A stretch of DNA of 59,784 nucleotides from Candidatus Tayloriibacteriota bacterium (lineage in GTDB: Bacteria > Patescibacteriota > Minisyncoccia > Phycocordibacterales > PALSA-1337). The notes under the pieces are model-generated. The model was not told the origin of the DNA. It worked only from the letters and a program-made list of their open reading frames with translations, and made no database searches. The DNA is taken from contig JAQBRD010000016.1 of the NCBI GenBank assembly GCA_028286665.1, positions 1 through 59,784 on the forward strand, read 5' to 3'. Made by a program: the position numbers and the translations under genes. Below are positions 1 through 8,716 of the stretch, in pieces; the stretch's first letter is position 1; each line of letters opens with the position of its first letter.

Positions 1-210
1 AATACGCAGAGCAACTTCAGCTATGTGAAAGGATTCGTCCTCAACGTCTGGCACGCTTATCTCGAGAAGCCGGTGATGAAGGTTTGGAGTTTCTTCCTGA
101 CATACATCTGGGGTCCTGCGATCGGAAACCTGCAGCATCTGAATAGCCGTCAGCCTCTGAATACGCCGCCGCCGATGATGCCGCCAATACCGCGCAGCAA
201 TGCAATTTGA
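1..210 (+). CDS. 3' end of an unidentified CDS entering from upstream of the window (Pro-rich C-terminus)
   Basis: Frame 1 is open from nt 1 to TGA 208-210 (NTQSNFSYVKGFVLNVWHAYLEKPVMKVWSFFLTYIWGPAIG...PPPMMPPIPRSNAI*). No family recognised. Confidence 0.35.
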   Translation, partial: NTQSNFSYVKGFVLNVWHAYLEKPVMKVWSFFLTYIWGPAIGNLQHLNSRQPLNTPPPMMPPIPRSNAI

Positions 211-232
211 TTATCAATAGTTTAAAAAATCC

Positions 233-523
233 ATGAAAAAAATAGATTCGAAGAAATTTCTCCATATAGCCCTGATCATCATCATTCTCATCTGCCTGTA
301 TGCGATCATCGCGCAGCTCGGTCCGAAGCCCGGATCGCGCGAAGGACAGGCTACTTCTACTTCGCAGGAAATGACGCCTTCGGCGCTGACGCCGGAGGAA
401 TCTGCTCAAAAAACCCTATCAACGGGCGTCTTCATGCAGCAGCAGCCGCAGCCTTTGTCGAAGGAGGAAGCTGCGAGCAAAGCTGCTTCGGTGAAGGCGT
501 TCAGGGATAATAGCCGACCATAA
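233..523 (+). CDS. hypothetical small membrane-anchored protein
   Basis: ATG ORF of 96 aa. N-terminal hydrophobic helix (LHIALIIIILICLYAIIAQL) followed by a polar Ser/Thr/Gln/Pro/Ala-rich tail. Confidence 0.45.
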   Translation: MKKIDSKKFLHIALIIIILICLYAIIAQLGPKPGSREGQATSTSQEMTPSALTPEESAQKTLSTGVFMQQQPQPLSKEEAASKAASVKAFRDNSRP

Positions 524-561
524 TAGATGGCATAATCATTAGCAATTTTTAATCATTCTCA

Positions 562-1353
562 ATGAAGAAAATCAATATAATAGATGCAGCGAAGACTCTC
601 ATACTCGTTCTCGTGCTCTCGATCGGCGCTCAGTATCTGTTCGCTTGGACAGGACCTTGCGGGTCTCCTGCATCCTGCAACGCTCCAGCCCCGATCAATG
701 TCGCAGGCGCTTTGCAATCGAAGGATGGTCCGCTGACTATCAACGCAAGCACGACAAGCCAATTCCCGATAGGATTCGAAACCTATGGAACATCCATCTT
801 CCACGGCACGATGCGCATAGCTACCGGTACTCCTGCAGCAGGCAAGGTCCTCACCGCGCTTGATTCGAGCGGAAATGCATCATGGCAGACTCCAGCAGCG
901 ACATCCACAGCTACTTCTTCAGGATCGACCTTCGTCGCTACTGACGGAGATCTCATCGTCGTTAACGGCATAACGACTGCGAACTCGTGGGTATCTGTCG
1001 ATCTCGGACCTGCTGGCTTGAATCTGGTTCCTGCGGGAGCAAAGACAGTCATGCTCAAAGCATTCCTGTCTGCGACGGTCAATCAGAACAACGGCGTTCA
1101 GGCTACGCTCAATTACGCTATGTACGCAAAGGGCTACACTGATACGAATACCAAAACCGTAACCAACGCGAATATGTCAATCAATAACGGCGGCAGCGGC
1201 TACGCGATCACAGGATTCGGATCGGGAGTCTCTGGCACAACTGTCGTCTCTTTGGACGGTTCGACAAAGATCTGGTATCAGGTCGCGCGAACCATCACTA
1301 ACGGAGGCGTGAACACAAGGTCAAGTCTGTACGTCGTAGGATATACGATATAG
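562..1353 (+). CDS. membrane-anchored or secreted surface protein of unknown function (WTGP...NAPAPIN motif)
   Basis: 263-aa ORF. Signal-anchor (LILVLVLSIGAQYLFA), then WTGPCGSPASCNAPAPINV and GKVLTALDSSGNASWQTP. The rest is Thr/Ser/Gly/Asn-rich and beta-like. A strong terminator follows. Confidence 0.6.
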   Translation: MKKINIIDAAKTLILVLVLSIGAQYLFAWTGPCGSPASCNAPAPINVAGALQSKDGPLTINASTTSQFPIGFETYGTSIFHGTMRIATGTPAAGKVLTALDSSGNASWQTPAATSTATSSGSTFVATDGDLIVVNGITTANSWVSVDLGPAGLNLVPAGAKTVMLKAFLSATVNQNNGVQATLNYAMYAKGYTDTNTKTVTNANMSINNGGSGYAITGFGSGVSGTTVVSLDGSTKIWYQVARTITNGGVNTRSSLYVVGYTI

Positions 1354-1385
1354 GGATAAGCATAGCGGCTCAGCGATCAATCTAG

Positions 1386-1415
1386 AAAAACGCATCACTA
1401 GCTGATGCGTTTTTT
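1386..1415 (+). terminator. rho-independent terminator after 562..1353
   Basis: aaaaACGCATCActagcTGATGCGTtttttt: 8-bp stem, 5-nt loop, T-run. An A-run precedes it. Confidence 0.7.
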
Positions 1416-1703
1416 GCTGCCAGCCAATGAAAGGGAAGACGGAGTTCCCTTGTCTGCCATAATTCTTTTCGATCATCATTGCTCGCCGCTGCAGATGCAC
1501 GTCGGTTATAGTGCATCCTTGCCCGCAGCCTTTACCAGGCTAAGTTTTCGCCATGAGTAAGGAGGGTAATTGAGAACTCATAGCATTGGCGACAATGCAG
1601 AAATGAATGGCATTCTATATATACAGCCGTATTCATTCTATTATGATGTCGTAAAAGATATATTGTACGACACGACTAATATATTGCGCCAGGCTGCCCC
1701 AGC

Positions 1704-1730
1704 AAAAAAAGCGCATCATTGCTGATGCGC
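1704..1730 (-). terminator. rho-independent terminator after 1760..2068 (minus strand)
   Basis: GCGCATCAttgcTGATGCGC hairpin with a 7-nt A-run on the plus strand, which is a U-run on the minus transcript. The stem sequence is nearly the same as the terminator at 1386..1415. Confidence 0.65.
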
Positions 1731-1759
1731 TCGTCCTCCCCTTCAACTCGGCTTTCTTG

Positions 1760-2068
1760 CTACTTAACGCCAAGCATTATGTGGAGGTCATTGCTTATTT
1801 CTCTGGACAATTCATCATCGGTCGGAATCCGAATGATGCGGCCTTTGCCGTAGGTGCTCAATTGAGCAAGTCCGATGCCGGTGTCCACTTGCGGTGATCG
1901 GATCACTACCGTCCAGATGTTTCTGGAATCTCTGAGCGGTTCACCTAAGCGATATCTTTCATTCCCATGAGGATACGAATTCAGCATTCGCCTGATCTCT
2001 CGCACAATTTTCTTGCAGACTTTGTTTTTGCGACTATCATGAACTGGTTTCAGGTTCTTTTTATTCAT
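1760..2068 (-). CDS. hypothetical basic protein (102 aa)
   Basis: The ORF opens at 2128, but ATG 2068 is preceded by AGGAA about 6 nt upstream. MNKKNLKPVHDSRKNKVCKKIVREIRRM... No family recognised. The gene is isolated between terminators. Confidence 0.5.
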   Translation of the reverse strand: MNKKNLKPVHDSRKNKVCKKIVREIRRMLNSYPHGNERYRLGEPLRDSRNIWTVVIRSPQVDTGIGLAQLSTYGKGRIIRIPTDDELSREISNDLHIMLGVK

Positions 2069-2146
2069 ACGATTTCCTGCATTGTGGTTTTTTGGAGTGC
2101 TATATGTCCGCAGCCGCAGATTCAGCATTCGATATTACGCAATTAG

Positions 2147-2176
2147 AAAACCGCCTCCCTTTCGGAAAGCGGTTTT
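2147..2176 (-). terminator. probable intrinsic terminator after the 2203..2739 gene
   Basis: aaaaCCGCctccctttcggaaaGCGGtttt: imperfect hairpin flanked by A/T runs. Confidence 0.5.
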
Positions 2177-2202
2177 CTGAGACTTTAAGTTATAGCTCTC
2201 GC

Positions 2203-2739
2203 TTATCTCACTGCAAGCGGCTCTGCCTTCGACCAGCATGGAGATGATGAAACCCACGGCGCTGCTCCCTGTTCTTCGTAGATATATCGAGCGTAGGCAA
2301 GATTGCCTTCGACGCTGTAGATATCGTATCCGAGGGCTTTCGAAGCCGCAAGGTGGTATTTCTCGTTGATCTGCATGATCCCGACGTCCTGGTTATTGAC
2401 GATGCCGCGGATGACGGTGCCGTCCTTCTTGAACTGGCGGAACTCTGATTCGCATCGAGCGACTTCGATGAGGATCGGCTCGTTCTTGAAGTATTCCTGG
2501 ACTTTCTGGCGATATGAGAGGCTGCGGCCAACCGGCGAATTTGCGTCTATAGTCTGGATGATTGCTGTCGTTGTTGCCGATGTTGTCGTCGCTGCCATGG
2601 CTGTCGAGGTCACTGTGCCGGTCACGCTGGAATTCAGCGCTACCGTCGAAGCGAGCATCGACATGCCGGTTATGAGTTCAAGCATATAATTTAAAAAGAT
2701 ACAGGCAAGCCCGTATCTCAATACAAGATATACTAGCAC
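2203..2739 (-). CDS. lytic transglycosylase / lysozyme-like (SLT-type) cell-wall hydrolase, membrane anchored
   Basis: The C-terminal half carries ARCESEFRQF...VNNQDVGIMQINEKYH...GNLAYARYIY, an SLT-like catalytic Glu-Ser plus the MQIN motif. The N-terminus is a hydrophobic segment followed by a Thr/Ala-rich linker. The start is uncertain because there are internal ATGs. Confidence 0.7.
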   Translation of the reverse strand: MLVYLVLRYGLACIFLNYMLELITGMSMLASTVALNSSVTGTVTSTAMAATTTSATTTAIIQTIDANSPVGRSLSYRQKVQEYFKNEPILIEVARCESEFRQFKKDGTVIRGIVNNQDVGIMQINEKYHLAASKALGYDIYSVEGNLAYARYIYEEQGAAPWVSSSPCWSKAEPLAVR

Positions 2740-2880
2740 TTTTGAAAACTGATGTCAAGGGTGTTTTTGGCTGAAAGGCTGATTATACGTTGTAAAATAA
2801 GGGTTTCTTGACCATATATTTCGATCTACTTCAAGCAGCTCCTATTCCCTTCAGGAATCTTCCGGAAATCGGCATAGGTA

Positions 2881-2908
2881 TTGCTTTTTCCGGGTCCTCT
2901 GCTATACT
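2881..2908 (+). promoter_or_regulatory. candidate promoter of rpmA (TTGCTT-16-TATACT)
   Basis: The -10 TATACT (2903-2908) ends 9 nt before the rpmA ATG (2918), and there is no SD. This implies a leaderless or near-leaderless mRNA. Confidence 0.35.
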
Positions 2909-2917
2909 GTTTCCACT

Positions 2918-3208
2918 ATGGCAACCAAAAAAGCAGGCGGTTCAACAAAAAACGGTCGCGATTCCGGACCACAATATCTCGGAGTCAAAGTAAACCACGG
3001 CGAAATGGCTCAGATCGGGTCTATCATCGTGCGACAGCGCGGTACTGACGTCGTTCCAGGCCGAAATATCGGCATGGGCAAGGATCACACCCTTTTTGCG
3101 CTCAAGGACGGCATCGTCCAGTTCAGCACGAAGCGAAAGATGCATTTCGACAACACGATGAAGCGAAAGAAGATCGTCCACGTCGTTCCTGCAGTTTCAG
3201 CGAAGTAA
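2918..3208 (+). CDS. rpmA: 50S ribosomal protein L27
   Basis: [24 protein letters not shown]...IIVRQRGT...[15 protein letters not shown]: canonical L27 signature. Confidence 0.97.
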   Translation: MATKKAGGSTKNGRDSGPQYLGVKVNHGEMAQIGSIIVRQRGTDVVPGRNIGMGKDHTLFALKDGIVQFSTKRKMHFDNTMKRKKIVHVVPAVSAK

Positions 3209-3266
3209 TATCTTCGCAATCTCCTGCTTCCAGTCAGCCTCTGTTATATAAAAGCCACATCTAAGG

Positions 3267-3292
3267 AAAAACCGCCCATCGGGCGGTTTTTC
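3267..3292. terminator. bidirectional intrinsic terminator between rpmA and rplI
   Basis: aaaaACCGCCCatcGGGCGGTttttt: 7-bp GC-rich stem with A-run and T-run flanks. Confidence 0.8.
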
Positions 3293-3317
3293 TGTGGCGT
3301 TTGGCTGATATTCAGTG

Positions 3318-3761
3318 TTATGCCGCTTTAACGACGAGCTTGAATTTCGCGCTCTTTTCACCTACCTTGATCTGGATGGTGTATTCGCCAGTTTCCTTGA
3401 TCGGCTTTTCGAGGACGATGTGTTCCGCAGAGATCTGGATGCGTGTCTGCTCCTGGATGACCGGAATGAGCTCATCCTTGTGGATGCCGGCGAAGAGGTG
3501 GCCTTTTTCGTTGGCTCGTTCGGACATAGTGATCATCTTGCCGTCGAGTTCGCTGAGATTCTTCGCGAGAAGCTCCTCATGAACCTTCTGTTCGCCGATA
3601 GCGCGGGCCTTTTCGAGCTCGATGCGCTTGGTGACTTCGGGAGTGGCTGCGACCGCAAGGCCTTTCGGAAGGAGGAGGTTGAGGGCATATCCGTCAGCGA
3701 TGTTCTTCACTTCGTACTTCTTCCCTACTTTCGGGACGTCTTTGAGGAAAATGACTTTCAT
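3318..3761 (-). CDS. rplI: 50S ribosomal protein L9
   Basis: [36 protein letters not shown]: canonical L9 N-domain plus a long helix and C-domain. Confidence 0.95.
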   Translation of the reverse strand: MKVIFLKDVPKVGKKYEVKNIADGYALNLLLPKGLAVAATPEVTKRIELEKARAIGEQKVHEELLAKNLSELDGKMITMSERANEKGHLFAGIHKDELIPVIQEQTRIQISAEHIVLEKPIKETGEYTIQIKVGEKSAKFKLVVKAA

Positions 3762-3816
3762 GGGTTTGTGGGTTATGCGTGTGAATTAATATGGCCGTAT
3801 GGGGCTAATCCTACTG

Positions 3817-5043
3817 TTATTTCGTGAGAATTTCAATAGCCTTCTTGAGCTGCGGATCGTTCTTCTTGAATTCCTCAGCGGTGGTCTTCGGATCGATCTT
3901 CACCTCGAAATCAGGAACGAGTCCGTCATGCGAGAGATTGTGGCCGAGCGGCGTAAGCCATCGGGCGATGGTGACCTTCAGAGAAGTGTTGCTCGTGACC
4001 GGGATGAGTTCTTGGACAGAACCCTTTCCGAATGTCTTTGTGCCGACAAGCTTCGCTATGCCGTGCTCATGGAGCGCGCCAGCGAGAATTTCAGCTGCTG
4101 AAGCGGATCCTTCATTGACGAGGATGGCCATATGAAGATTGCTGTTGAAGATATTGTAGCCTTTGCTTCGGAAGACATTCGGATCTTGTTTCCCTCCGAA
4201 ATCCTCGGTCACGACTACCTTTCCTGCAGGAAGGAACCAGCTTGCCATATCCCAGGCTGCATCAAGATAGCCGCCAGGATTGCCTCGGAGGTCGAGAACA
4301 AGCTTGTTGTTGCCTGAACTGACGAACTCGCGCAGAGCTCCCCGGAAGAGATTCGCAGACTGAGCGGTGAAGCTGTAGAGCCGTATGATGAATACGCCGT
4401 CTTTCGTTTCTGTGTCGATGGTCGGAACGTCGATGATGTCTCGGGCGATGGATTTCTCGATCACGCCTGCGACTCCGTCGCGCACGATCGTTAATTTGAC
4501 GATGGTGCCTTTTGCACCACGGATCATCTTTACGGCTTTTTCTACGCTGAAATCAATGGTCGGCGTATCATTGATCTTGACGACCTTGTCGCCAGACTTG
4601 ACGCCTGCTCGCTCAGCCGGGCTGTTCTTGATCGGTGCCACGACCGTGATCGTGTTGTCCTTCAATCCGATTTCCATGCCGACGCCTTGGAAGTTGCCGC
4701 TGATCTCTTCCTTGAAGAGCGTATTGTCTTCGGGAGGAAAGAATACCGTGTATGGATCGCCTTCTGATGCTGCGAGGCCTTTTATCGCTCCCCAGATCTT
4801 GTCTTGAGAAGTGCTGCTTGCTGCAGTCACGTATTTGTCGTCGAGCAGCTTCCAGACTTTCCAGAAGGTGTCGAATTGCTCGTCGGTCACGACTCCGCCT
4901 TTCTCTGCTGCGGGATGCGCGATCGCAGGACCGCCTGAATGGTTTCCGCTATAATAGCCGATTCCGAAGGCTATGCCGATGACTATTATGACGACTGCCC
5001 AGATTTCTATTTTTTTTCCGTTTGCTTTTGTATTTTCTTGCAT
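3817..5043 (-). CDS. carboxy-terminal processing protease (peptidase S41), membrane anchored
   Basis: N-terminal TM, a PDZ-like segment, LDLRGNPGGYL, LVNEGSASAAEILAGAL, GTKTFGKGSVQ. Confidence 0.93.
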   Translation of the reverse strand: MQENTKANGKKIEIWAVVIIVIGIAFGIGYYSGNHSGGPAIAHPAAEKGGVVTDEQFDTFWKVWKLLDDKYVTAASSTSQDKIWGAIKGLAASEGDPYTVFFPPEDNTLFKEEISGNFQGVGMEIGLKDNTITVVAPIKNSPAERAGVKSGDKVVKINDTPTIDFSVEKAVKMIRGAKGTIVKLTIVRDGVAGVIEKSIARDIIDVPTIDTETKDGVFIIRLYSFTAQSANLFRGALREFVSSGNNKLVLDLRGNPGGYLDAAWDMASWFLPAGKVVVTEDFGGKQDPNVFRSKGYNIFNSNLHMAILVNEGSASAAEILAGALHEHGIAKLVGTKTFGKGSVQELIPVTSNTSLKVTIARWLTPLGHNLSHDGLVPDFEVKIDPKTTAEEFKKNDPQLKKAIEILTK

Positions 5044-5126
5044 ATTGTATTAGTTTTGCGTACTCTGCATTATCTCAAATTACCGGCGCTCTGACAAATA
5101 TCCGCTTCATATAGTATACTTATCGC

Positions 5127-6047
5127 ATGGTAAACACATATACGTACAATGGCCTGACCTGGGTCGATGTCGAATCCCCGACGCGCGACGAGATCGGCGA
5201 GCTCGTTCGGAAATATGATCTCCATCCGACGATCGGCGACGAGCTCATCTCACCGATATCGGAACCTCGGGTCGAACTCCATAAGAACTGCGTATATCTC
5301 AACCTCGATATTCCCTCTCGCACGAAGCAGGGCCACAAAGGCGTCATCATGAAGAAAGAAGTCGACTTCGTCGTCGGCAAGGATTTCATCATCACTACAA
5401 AATACGATACAGTCGAGCCGCTCCATAATTTCTCCCGCATCTTCGAGACGAATTCGATCCTCGATAAGAAAGGCATCGGCGAGCATGCCGGCTTCATTTT
5501 CTACTACATGATAAAGAAGCTGTATGCGCACGTCGGTCGCGATCTGAGCAATATCCGCGATGATATGAGCCATGCTGAAACGAGGATCTTCGAAGGACAG
5601 GAACGCCGCATGGTCGTCGTCCTCTCGAATATCGGCCGGGAGCTCATCGATGCGCAGCAGATCCTCAGGACGCACGCGGAAGCGATCGAACTCGTCGGTC
5701 TCGCCATGGAGAAATTCTTCAGCCCGACATTCCGCTACTATACTGACGACATCACTGCCGACTACAAGAAAGTCTCGGAGCAGAGCAAGAACCTCCATGA
5801 GCTTCTCCGCGAACTCCGCGAGACGAACAACCTCCTCCTCACGACGAAGCAGAATGAGACGATGAAAAACCTCACGCTCATGGCTTTCGTCACATTCCCG
5901 CTCTCGCTCATCACCGATGTCTTCTCGATGAATACGAGTCATGCGCCGATCGTCGGCCTGCCCTATGACTTCGAGATCATCGTCGGAGTCATGCTCGTCC
6001 TGACGCTCTGCATGTTCGGATTCTTCCGATGGAAGAAATGGCTCTGA
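5127..6047 (+). CDS. corA: CorA-family divalent cation transporter (variant SMN motif)
   Basis: Soluble N-domain plus two C-terminal TM helices. MKNLTLMAFVTFPLSLITDVFSMNT is at the position of the YGMN loop. Confidence 0.8.
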   Translation: MVNTYTYNGLTWVDVESPTRDEIGELVRKYDLHPTIGDELISPISEPRVELHKNCVYLNLDIPSRTKQGHKGVIMKKEVDFVVGKDFIITTKYDTVEPLHNFSRIFETNSILDKKGIGEHAGFIFYYMIKKLYAHVGRDLSNIRDDMSHAETRIFEGQERRMVVVLSNIGRELIDAQQILRTHAEAIELVGLAMEKFFSPTFRYYTDDITADYKKVSEQSKNLHELLRELRETNNLLLTTKQNETMKNLTLMAFVTFPLSLITDVFSMNTSHAPIVGLPYDFEIIVGVMLVLTLCMFGFFRWKKWL

Positions 6048-6110
6048 TGTTTCGGCCGGCCTAGCCGGACGCCGCAGCTCATGATAGGCTCAAGGCAATA
6101 CAACATACGC

Positions 6111-7508
6111 ATGGATATTCTGATACACAATACGCTCAGCGGGAAAAAAGAGGTCTTCAAGCCCCTCGTCAAAGGCCGCGTCAGCATGTACCAGTGCGGA
6201 CTGACGGTCTATGATACCGGGCATATCGGCAATTTTCGGACATTCATCATGGGCGATATTATCCGTCGGACGTTCGAATATCGGGGTTATTTCGTGACGC
6301 AAGTTACGAATATCACTGACGTCGATGACAAGACTATCCGCAGAAGCCGCGAAGAGAAAACATCGCTTCTCGAGCTTACCCGGCGGTATGAAGCGCTTTA
6401 TTTCGAGGATATGGAATCGCTGAACATCCTCATGCCGCACAGGGTTCTTCGAGCTACCGATCATGTCAAAGACATGATCGAAATGATCAGCACGCTTCTC
6501 GAGAAAGGCTTCGCCTATCCATCGAAGGACGGCATCTATTTCAGCATCGGAAAATCAGCAGAATACGGCGCTCTTGCGCGTCTCGATAAGATCAGCGCTA
6601 CCGCAAACGACATGCTCAGGGAGCGGATTTCGAACGATGAGTACGAGAAGGAGAATCCTCGGGACTTCGCGCTCTGGAAATTCGAATCGGATGCCGATCG
6701 TGATGGCGAAAAAATCGTTTCCTGGGATGCACCGTTCGGAAAAGGCCGCCCTGGATGGCATATCGAGTGTTCCGCGATGGCGACTCGCGCGCTTGGCGAT
6801 ACGATCGACATCCATACTGGCGCTACTGACCTCATTTTCCCGCATCATACGAATGAGATCGCCCAGTCTGAAGCGGCTACCGGCAAGCGATTCGTGAATT
6901 ACTGGATTCATGGCGCTTTCATGAATGTGAACGATGCGAAGATGTCGAAGTCCAAGGGCAATTTCATAAAGATCGCAGATCTTGAAGCTGAAACCATCTC
7001 GCCGCTCAGTTTCAGATATTGGCTGCTCACCTCCCATTATCATACGCAAGTGAACTTCACTGCTGATGCGGTCAAAGCCGCCCAGCATGCGTTTATTCGC
7101 CTTGCAGAAGCATACGTCAGCTGGCCTGAAGGCGGTGCTGCTGATGCGACATATGCTGACAAATTCTCGGCTTTTATTAGCGATGATTTCGACATGCCGA
7201 AGGCTATCGCGCTTGTCTGGGAGCTTGCGAAGGACAAGAAGGTTTCAGACGCGGACAAGCGAGCTACTCTCCTTGATTTCGACCGCGTATTCGGACTTGG
7301 CTTCGATGCGCTTTTGCATGTAGATCAGGATTCAGGCATCCTCGCTCCTGCGGACGTTCCGATTGAAATTCAAGTTCTTGCTGAAGCTCGCGACGAGGCT
7401 CGCAAAGCGAAGGATTGGGCGAAAGCGGATGCGCTTCGCGCTGAGATCGAAGAGCGCGGCTATTCTGTTCAGGACAGCGATGCTGGCTTCGTGATTCGCG
7501 AGCTCTAG
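6111..7508 (+). CDS. cysS: cysteine--tRNA ligase
   Basis: CGLTVYDTGHIGNFRTF (HIGH) and KMSKSKGN. The ORF opens at 6081, but the conserved N-terminus begins at ATG 6111 (MDILIHNTLSGKKEVF). Confidence 0.95.
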   Translation: MDILIHNTLSGKKEVFKPLVKGRVSMYQCGLTVYDTGHIGNFRTFIMGDIIRRTFEYRGYFVTQVTNITDVDDKTIRRSREEKTSLLELTRRYEALYFEDMESLNILMPHRVLRATDHVKDMIEMISTLLEKGFAYPSKDGIYFSIGKSAEYGALARLDKISATANDMLRERISNDEYEKENPRDFALWKFESDADRDGEKIVSWDAPFGKGRPGWHIECSAMATRALGDTIDIHTGATDLIFPHHTNEIAQSEAATGKRFVNYWIHGAFMNVNDAKMSKSKGNFIKIADLEAETISPLSFRYWLLTSHYHTQVNFTADAVKAAQHAFIRLAEAYVSWPEGGAADATYADKFSAFISDDFDMPKAIALVWELAKDKKVSDADKRATLLDFDRVFGLGFDALLHVDQDSGILAPADVPIEIQVLAEARDEARKAKDWAKADALRAEIEERGYSVQDSDAGFVIREL

Positions 7509-7870
7509 GCTCCTGCCCTCTCTCTTCTGAAATCCTCAAATTCAGCGAGCTCATCTGCTTCATCCGAGCTCGCTGATTCCTTCGACTCTTCTTCGAAATT
7601 ATGGAGCGGCTGCATGGCGTCGAGTCGCGCCATGATTTTCAAGAAGCCGATATTCATTGCTGTTTCGAGCTTATCTATCCTTAATTCAAGCTGATTGAAT
7701 CTCAGCTCGAGCTTGTCTATTCTTGAACATACTTTATCGATCGAAGAATCGACTCGGACGAACTGATCGTTCACGAGAATCGCGAGATCATTGATCGCGG
7801 TGTCTATGATTTCCTTGACTTCGGTCCTTGTAGCGAAAGGCGTTTGATATTGCTGATGTTGCTGGCTCAT
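7505..7870 (-). CDS. hypothetical coiled-coil protein with acidic tail
   Basis: 121-aa ORF. Heptad-like IDKLELRFNQLELRIDKLE and an acidic C-terminus. It shares the tetranucleotide CTAG with the cysS stop (convergent overlap). Confidence 0.5.
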   Translation of the reverse strand: MSQQHQQYQTPFATRTEVKEIIDTAINDLAILVNDQFVRVDSSIDKVCSRIDKLELRFNQLELRIDKLETAMNIGFLKIMARLDAMQPLHNFEEESKESASSDEADELAEFEDFRRERAGA

Positions 7871-7970
7871 GCGTATTGCGTTAGCTGATATGAGATCAGC
7901 GTATCAAAGCGCGATGAAATTCCCTTCAAGAAGATATGAAGGAATACTAAAAGTTTATTTTGATTTTATC

Positions 7971-8711
7971 CTAAAGCTTGCCGAGGAATACCTTCTCGAG
8001 AATGCCGGTAGCGAGGAGCTGCTTCGGTTCGCCTTGGGCGACGACGCGGCCTTTGTCGAGGACGTATGCGCGATGCGTGATCTCGAGGAGCGATGCGAGA
8101 TTGTGTTCTACCACGACGACTGCTGTTCGGCGCCGTTCGTTGATCTCTTTGATCTTCGCGAAGACTTCCTTCACGATCTTGGGTGCGAGTCCGAGCGATG
8201 GCTCATCGAGCAGCAATACCTTCGGATCGGTCATGAGGCCTCGGGCTATGGCGAGCATCTGCTGCTGTCCGCCGGAGAGGCTGCCTGATTTCGCCTTCAA
8301 TTTCGCTCGCAATGCCGGAAATAATTCGAGCACATTCTCAATGCGCTCTTTGCGCTCTTTCGCGCTACTGATGGCCCATCCGCCGATCTCGAGATTCTCT
8401 GCGACGGTGAGATGGCGGAATACGCGTCGGCCTTGCGGGACGAATGAGATTCCGCGGTGGACGACTTCATGCGAGACCGGCTTGAAAGCTTGAGCTTCCC
8501 AGGCTACCGTGCCTGACTCGATCGGAGCGAGGCCGAAAATAGCCTTGAGGATCGTGGATTTTCCTGCACCGTTCGGTCCCATGAGCGCGACGACTTCCCC
8601 CTCGTCTATCGACACTGAGGCGCCATCAAGAGCCTTCACTCCGCCGTAATGGACGTGGATGTCGGTGAGGGTGAGGAGGGTTTCTTTCTTCATGAGGTAA
8701 TTATACCTCAT
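7971..8711 (-). CDS. livF: branched-chain-amino-acid-type ABC transporter ATP-binding protein (LivF-like)
   Basis: GPNGAGKST, LSGGQQQMLAIARGL, LLLDEPSLGL. An alternative start is ATG 8693 (MKKETLL). Confidence 0.9.
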   Translation of the reverse strand: MRYNYLMKKETLLTLTDIHVHYGGVKALDGASVSIDEGEVVALMGPNGAGKSTILKAIFGLAPIESGTVAWEAQAFKPVSHEVVHRGISFVPQGRRVFRHLTVAENLEIGGWAISSAKERKERIENVLELFPALRAKLKAKSGSLSGGQQQMLAIARGLMTDPKVLLLDEPSLGLAPKIVKEVFAKIKEINERRRTAVVVVEHNLASLLEITHRAYVLDKGRVVAQGEPKQLLATGILEKVFLGKL

Positions 8712-8716
8712 TTGTG

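Noticed and set aside
5250-5942. Long antisense or alternative-frame ORFs inside well-supported genes. Examples: 5250-5942 in corA, 23396-24046 in dnaB, 35520-36386 in leuS, 42104-42751 in rpe, 46946-47785 in GH130, 11674-12213 in SBP2.
   Set aside because: Each lies entirely inside a gene with strong family motifs on the other strand or frame. Their translations are Arg/Asp/Glu/Leu-rich low-complexity sequences, typical of shadow ORFs in GC-biased codon usage.
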